From: Macrostomum lignano
Lineage: Eukaryota
Direction: 5' to 3'
Assembly: GCA_002269645.1 (NCBI GenBank)
Contig: NIVC01002850.1
Location: forward strand, 1 to 64,000
DNA length: 64,000 nucleotides
Shown piece by piece: positions 58,136 through 64,000 of the stretch. The stretch's first letter is position 1. Each line of letters opens with the position of its first letter. A program made the position numbers and the translations under genes. The notes under the pieces were generated by a model that made no database searches, had not been told where the DNA came from, and saw nothing but the letters and a program-made list of their open reading frames with translations.

Positions 58136-61100
58136 ATGCAACAATTATTTAATGCATGGCTTTTGCTAGTTATCCTATCCAGTAACATATTTTCGTGTGC
58201 TAAAGCTCTCAATGTTATATGGGCTATTAATTGTGGCGGTCCAGAACACACGGATATACATGGTATTCACTATCAAAGAGATTCATCAAACGTTGGTGTT
58301 GCTTCGGACTATGGCAGAAATCTGATGATTACTCGTGTTGTTCCCCAAGACCAAATTTTGTATCAGACTGAGCGATATCATACTGCTAGTTTTACATATG
58401 ACTTGCCAATTCCTGGGAATGGAGACTATGTCCTGATTTTAAAATTTTCTGAAGTCTGGTTTGCTAATCCCAATCAAAAGGTAATTTTTTTATTTTAAGC
58501 AATATTTTTACTCTCACTTTAAATTTAGGGAAGATTTTAATAGTTTATTTTTACTTTTATCAATAAATATGATAAAAAGGCTCCTAATAATAAAATCTTT
58601 TGCTACGAAACATGTTCCAGTTTTTTAGCTATTATTCCTCTTCTTTTTTATGTTTTATGTTTTATGCTAATAATTTTTTTATGCTTTTTCTTCTTTATAT
58701 AAGACTTTTTAATATTCTTTTTTTCTTTAATTTAATTATTTACTTAAAAACAATAATCATTTTCATTCGGATCCATGAGAAATGCCCGCAGTCAAATTGC
58801 CCGTCGAGATTTGCCTGTGGAGATTTGTCTGCCAAGCTTTTTCCGCCAAGATTTGCCCGCAGTGCATTTTGCCTGTGAGCATATTGCCCATGGAGATTTG
58901 CCCACAGAGAATTGCCTGCCAAGATTTGCCCGCAGTGCAATTTGCCCGCGAGTGAATTGCCCGCCGAGTTTTTTCCCGCTGAGGTTTGCCTGCGATGCTT
59001 TTTTATTGCAGCGCATTTGGCCATTTGTCTGCATTGCATTCCCAATGCTTAGTACATGTAAATCTTAATAAAGAGATTTACGAGTACACAATCAAAATGT
59101 TTTGACAGTAACTGCATATCAAATGCATTTTCTGGGGGGGGCAATATAAACAGAATCTAGCTGCCAAATGCGCTGCAATAAAAAAGCATTGCGGGCAAAC
59201 CTCAGTGGGAAAAAACTCGGTGGGAAACTCGCTCGTAGGCAATTCACTCGTGGGAAAATTGCACTGTGGACAAATCTCGACAGGCAATTCTTGGCGGACA
59301 AATTTCCACAGGCAATTTTCTCAGGGGCAAAATGCACTGCGGGCAAATCTTGGCGGGAAAAGCTTGGTGGGCAAATCTCCGCAGGCAAATCTCGGCGGGC
59401 AATTTGTCTATGGGCATTTCTTGTGCTCCCTTTTCATTCTTCTATTAAAAAAGTAGCATATGTAGCTTTTTGCTAGTTTGATGTTCTTAAGCAGCTAACT
59501 AAATTTGATCCTAAATAATGTAGGAATATTTTTTTTTGTTTTGACTGCAAAAAATTAATAAGTTTAATATTGTTGAATCAATGAATGATTTACTAATTAT
59601 ATGAATAACAAATATATTCAAGTTCAACAGAGTATCCAAATGGATTAAATCAAATTTGATTTCTAGATGTTTGAAAGCAATTTCTCAAAGTAGAAATGTT
59701 ATGTCCTAGTTGCATTTAACAATTTTAATAATATAAGAATTGCTAAAAACTAAAATGATTGATATTTTGTTATAGCCATTTTATTAACAGAAATCATAAC
59801 TGTCTATTGTTGTCTATCATTTTTACTTGTAACATGCACTTAATAGTTGATATTTCACATTCTTATTTCCTAAACCAGGTATTTGATGTTGTGCTCAATG
59901 GCGAGCACACCATTGTCTCCTCACTCGACATCTTTGCCAAGGTCGGTCGTGGCATTGCCCATGACGAAGTTGTACCCTTCAAAGTCAAAGACGGCCGCCT
60001 ATTTGTTGGCAGTGACGTCTCACAGATTGGTTCGACACCGAAACGCTTGTCATTAGAATTTGTCAAGGGCGATCGGGATAATCCTAAGATTAACGCGATT
60101 GTGCTGGTTAAGGGTGAGTCAAGGTTGAGGGTACACTTTTATATCTGAAGTCGATTAAGCTCTATATCTTGAAAAATAAACCGTATTTCTGTCTGTGCTT
60201 GCCTGTCTCAGGGCATGGGGGTAGAGCAGCTCAGTGGTAAACGCGACTGCAGTCAGTCGCGTTTACCTCGCGCCACAACCTGCCTGCCTGCCTGTCTGTC
60301 TGTCTGTCTGTCTGTCTTTCTGTCTGTCTGTCTGTCTTAGTCTTAGTGTCTTAGTGTCTGTCTGTCTGTCTGTCTGTCTTAGTCTTAGTGTCTTAGTGTC
60401 TGTCTGTTTGTCTTAGTGTCTATCTGTTTGTCTTAGTGTCTGTCTGTTTGTCTTAGTGTCTATCTGTTTGTCTTAGTGTCTGTCTGTTTGTCTTAGTGTC
60501 TATCTGTTTGTCTTAGTGTCTGTCTGTTTGTCTTAGTGTCTATCTGTTTGTCTTAGTGTCTGTCTGTTTGTCTTAGTGTCTATCTGTTTGTCTTAGCGTC
60601 TGTCTTAGTGTCTTAGTGTCTGTCTTAGTGTCTTAGTGTCTGTCTTATTGTCTTAGTGTCTGTCTTAGTGTCTTAGTGTCTGTCTTATTGTCTTAGTGTC
60701 TGTCTTAGTGTCTTAGTGTCTGTCTTAGTGTCTTTGTGTCTGTCTTAGTGTCTTAGTGTCTGTCTTAGTGTCTTAGTGTCTTAGTGTCTGTCTTAGTGTC
60801 TTTGTGTCTGTCTTAGTGTCTTAGTGTCTGTCTTAGTGTCTTAGTGTCTTAGTATCTGTCTGTCTGTCTGTCCGAATCTATTTACAATTCCGAAACTCGC
60901 CGCCTTCCCCCACCTCAAGGCAGCATAGACGAGATCCCCAGACTGCCAGCCCTGCGCGAGTCCAACAATGACGAGTCGCTGCTACCCGATCTGGATGAAG
61001 AACTCCAGCAGCAGCGGGCCGGACAGCAGCAGCATCAGCAGGATCGCCTCAATGTTAACAACGAAGCAGACGACGAAGAAGCTCGCAAACGCCGCAGCCG

Positions 61101-61224
61101 TTTGGCCTCCGGGCCGAAAACCTTGGATCCGTACCAGTCCGACCCGGCCTCCACTGCTCTGCTGCCCGTGCTCATTGCGGTGGCCGCCGCTCTGCCACTG
61201 TTCTTCTGCCTGTGCAAGCTTTGA
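58136..61224 (+). CDS. MLEC: Malectin (ER type-I membrane lectin), 294 aa
   Basis: Exons 58136-58480, 59879-60113, 60920-61224 (885 nt), GT-AG. Signal peptide; WAINCGG, ASDYG, ILYQTERY, LKFSEVWF, VFDVVLN, DNPKINAI; C-terminal SGPKTLDPY..TM..FCLCKL*. Confidence 0.97.
58769..59430. mobile_element. MULE-type foldback MITE in malectin intron 1
   Basis: 9-bp TSD TTTTCATTC at 58760-68 and 59431-39; GG...CC termini; ~260-bp TIRs built of ~15-bp ttgccc-containing subrepeats. Confidence 0.88.
60225..60267 (+). other. tRNA-A-box-like segment overlapping a perfect 14-bp hairpin
   Basis: agctcagtggta overlaps stem ggtaaacgcgactg (60236-49), loop cagt, stem cagtcgcgtttacc (60254-67). Confidence 0.55.
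60280..60870. repeat. (TCTG)n / tcttagtgtctg composite array in malectin intron 2
   Basis: Direct. Confidence 0.93.
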
Positions 61225-64000
61225 GTGTGGGTTGGTGTGATTGTTTTAACAAAACATTTTATATATAGCAGTTTCAGGCGTTGCAGCTTAGACCGTCACA
61301 TTCCATTTCGTCATATTGTTTGACGTAGTGACCAGGAACAAAATAACCTTGTAAAGTAAATATGACTTAGAATTTACATGCCTGGTTGATGACGAAATTT
61401 CTTGGAAACAGTTTACGTACGAAATTTATATACAAAGAATCTTCGCATCGCTTTCGCTTAAATTACTCGATATAGCTACTTTTATAAAATGATTATAAGA
61501 AAATCGCTCGATTTAGCTCCTAAAAGAGAAAGTTTTCTTTAGAAAGAATTGTTAACAAAGAAATACAAGCTGGTTCTGAGAATAGGAATCGCCCCTGGGG
61601 GTTCCTATACTCATTTAGTCATCTAGTAATCTAGGGTATCTATGACCCCACCAACATTTAAGAATTGACGTCTATTTTGCTGCAGTGCATCGTCGACCAC
61701 CATTTTTCTGACTGGTTGAGATAAAGTAATTGAGTACACAAGGTCCCAGTTATTATTAAAATATTTAGTCACTTCGTCTTATTTACTTTACAAGGCTACT
61801 CGTACTATGCTCCTAATCACTTTCGTCATACAATATGACAAAATGGAATATGACGGTCTGACCAACAACCCGTAAGGTGGATTCTTAGATATATACAAAA
61901 CCGGTTTCATAGAAATCTTGAAGCGATTCCTAGAAACAAAATGGCAATATGTCTATTTTAGACAGAAATTCTTGGAGAAGTTCTAGAAAAGTGCCTTTCT
62001 GAAAACGAGGTAATAAAACGTAACAATATAGACTCAGAATCAGATTTGGATAAAAATCATTTGATTTTTTCATACTAAAGTCTATTTGTGTTACTACCGC
62101 TAGCTTTAAATTCGTCACATTCTTTATCTAATTTATTATATATAATATAGAATAACATAATCACTTTTTACTTAACTTCAAGTCAAAGTTAATTAACAAT
62201 TTGGTTTCTCTGACTTCGAGTATATTATATTAGTAGCAATCTTTTAATAAAAAAATAATTCCTCGAATTGTTCTACATTCCTAAACCTTTTGGTTCTAGC
62301 ATAGTTTCATGATTTTTTTTCATAAATTTGATGTGTTAAAGTTCTCTATTTATAATGAAGCCTTTTGTTTTGCTTTGCTGTGAAACGTGTGCGATCATAA
62401 TGGCATACTAACATATTTTTGTGTTTTTTCCTAGCTAGTAATTGATGTAATTTTTATTATGAATTAATCTTGACAGCTGAATAATGGCTTTAGTAATTTC
62501 GTGCGCTCCTAACTAGTCTGTAATATTTGTTTGATCACAAATGTTTTTTCAGTCGTATTTACCCATTTTTATTTTCTTTCTTTTGACTCTGAGCTTGTAG
62601 CTTTAAAGTATTGTAGTTTTTCTTGTGCAATTTTAATTTTAATTTTAGCATTGAGTAGTAAGTAATATTGATAGACATTTCCAACGAAAAAGTAAACTGT
62701 AATCTTCAACCTAAAAACATGACTTTAGAGGTATAAAAAATCAGCCTTGAATTTTTTCCCCATTACTCCAATTTTAAATCGTCTTTTTAAAATTTGCTAG
62801 CTACGACCTTTCTGACACCTGACGTGCGGATCTTCCTAAACATCTGATCTGACTTTGAGATTATTTTAGGCATCTGATCTTTGGACTCTTCCTAGACATC
62901 TGACCTTGAGCATCTTTCAAGTATCTGACCTAGGGGAATCTTCCTATGAGACATCTTTTCTGTATTGCAATGGTGTTACATTTTGCCCTAAACTGTCATT
63001 CTGATGTACCGTACATGTAGGTAGTTGTCATTTTTGTAGGTCTATTGCTAGTTTTTTAAATTTCTATAGCGTTTTTGACTCTGAGATTAACTTTATGCCT
63101 TTTTAAATTAAATGCTCGAAGTTTCTATACAATTCCTGGTTGTTGAAGTTAGAGTGCCAATACCTATACTCTCTGAATTCAAATTTCGCGTACTTATATT
63201 TCTACTTCGAGTATCTGTCTAGTAGTTTCAATCTTACCATCTTCGAACCGTTTACTTTTGATAATTTGACAATTTAGTGAATAAACAATTTATTGTTATT
63301 AAGACGCATATCTTTCTTTAATATCGTTTGTTTGCGTAATCTATCGACAAACATCAGCGTGTTTTGATTTTTTTTAAAATCTAGTTTATCTAGGGATTTC
63401 AAGAATTGCTGTAAAGCCAACGCTCAAGTGAGAAGGCTAAAGGCTTAATGGGAGAATGCCGACTTGTATCTGAAAAACGAAAATTTTCGGTTTAAGTATA
63501 CATATACATAGAGCCCCAAAGGGGGTCGCGTGCTAGTCTATATGACTAAATCTTAACTGCACGTATAGTTCGTAGGTTTAGCCTAAGCGATTAGTATAAA
63601 AATAGTCACATGATCCAGTCAGTTTACGCTACCGGTATTAACCGACTGTGACTTGCTTCAGTTTTTTATCGACTCTAGCTACTTGCTGACTGTCAGAAAA
63701 ACAGAAATTTTCACGTATTTCAAGACTCTTTCAAGACAAGACTCAAGATCTCTTCATCAAGCGTTGGTCCTTTGGGAATGTGTTTGGCATCGGCCGAAGA
63801 TGGGATCTTAGCCTCGGTCGAAGATGCTGATGACTGAATGACGTAATAAATATGACTAGTAAATCTGTTTCATGTGGCGTCAGTTTGTCTGACTGCCTTC
63901 CCGTTTCTATTGACAATGTTATCAAATCAAGAGGCAAATTGATTATAACAGTTCTTTTACTAATACTTACTAACTACTGCTACTATTACTGCCACTTCTA

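Overview
This is eukaryotic (animal) genomic DNA with GC-rich exons and introns or intergenic space filled by many unrelated mini- and microsatellites. That architecture resembles the flatworm Macrostomum lignano, but the species is an inference. Two genes are intact and recognisable: mitochondrial NADP-isocitrate dehydrogenase (IDH2, minus strand, 4 exons, 440 aa) and malectin (plus strand, 3 exons, 294 aa). By hand I assembled a plus-strand gene that the ORF track does not show as one unit: 15 phase-compatible exons at 29010-44003, plus two candidate signal-peptide microexons near 17 kb. It encodes a Cys-patterned, probably GPI-anchored protein of about 850 aa. At the left end are a disrupted LRRC28-like last exon and an intronless PAN/Apple plus LamG-like secreted-protein ORF whose start codon is out of frame. 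Mobile elements: a hAT MITE (8-bp TSD), an internally deleted Tc1/mariner element (TA TSD), a 5'-truncated RTE LINE with TSD, two copies of a 63-bp-arm hairpin element at IDH2, a TTAA-flanked 1.8-kb foldback element, a fossil MULE transposase, and a MULE foldback MITE (9-bp TSD). I found no rRNA, intact tRNA, CRISPR array or prokaryotic feature. Most long ORFs in the track are translations of tandem repeats.
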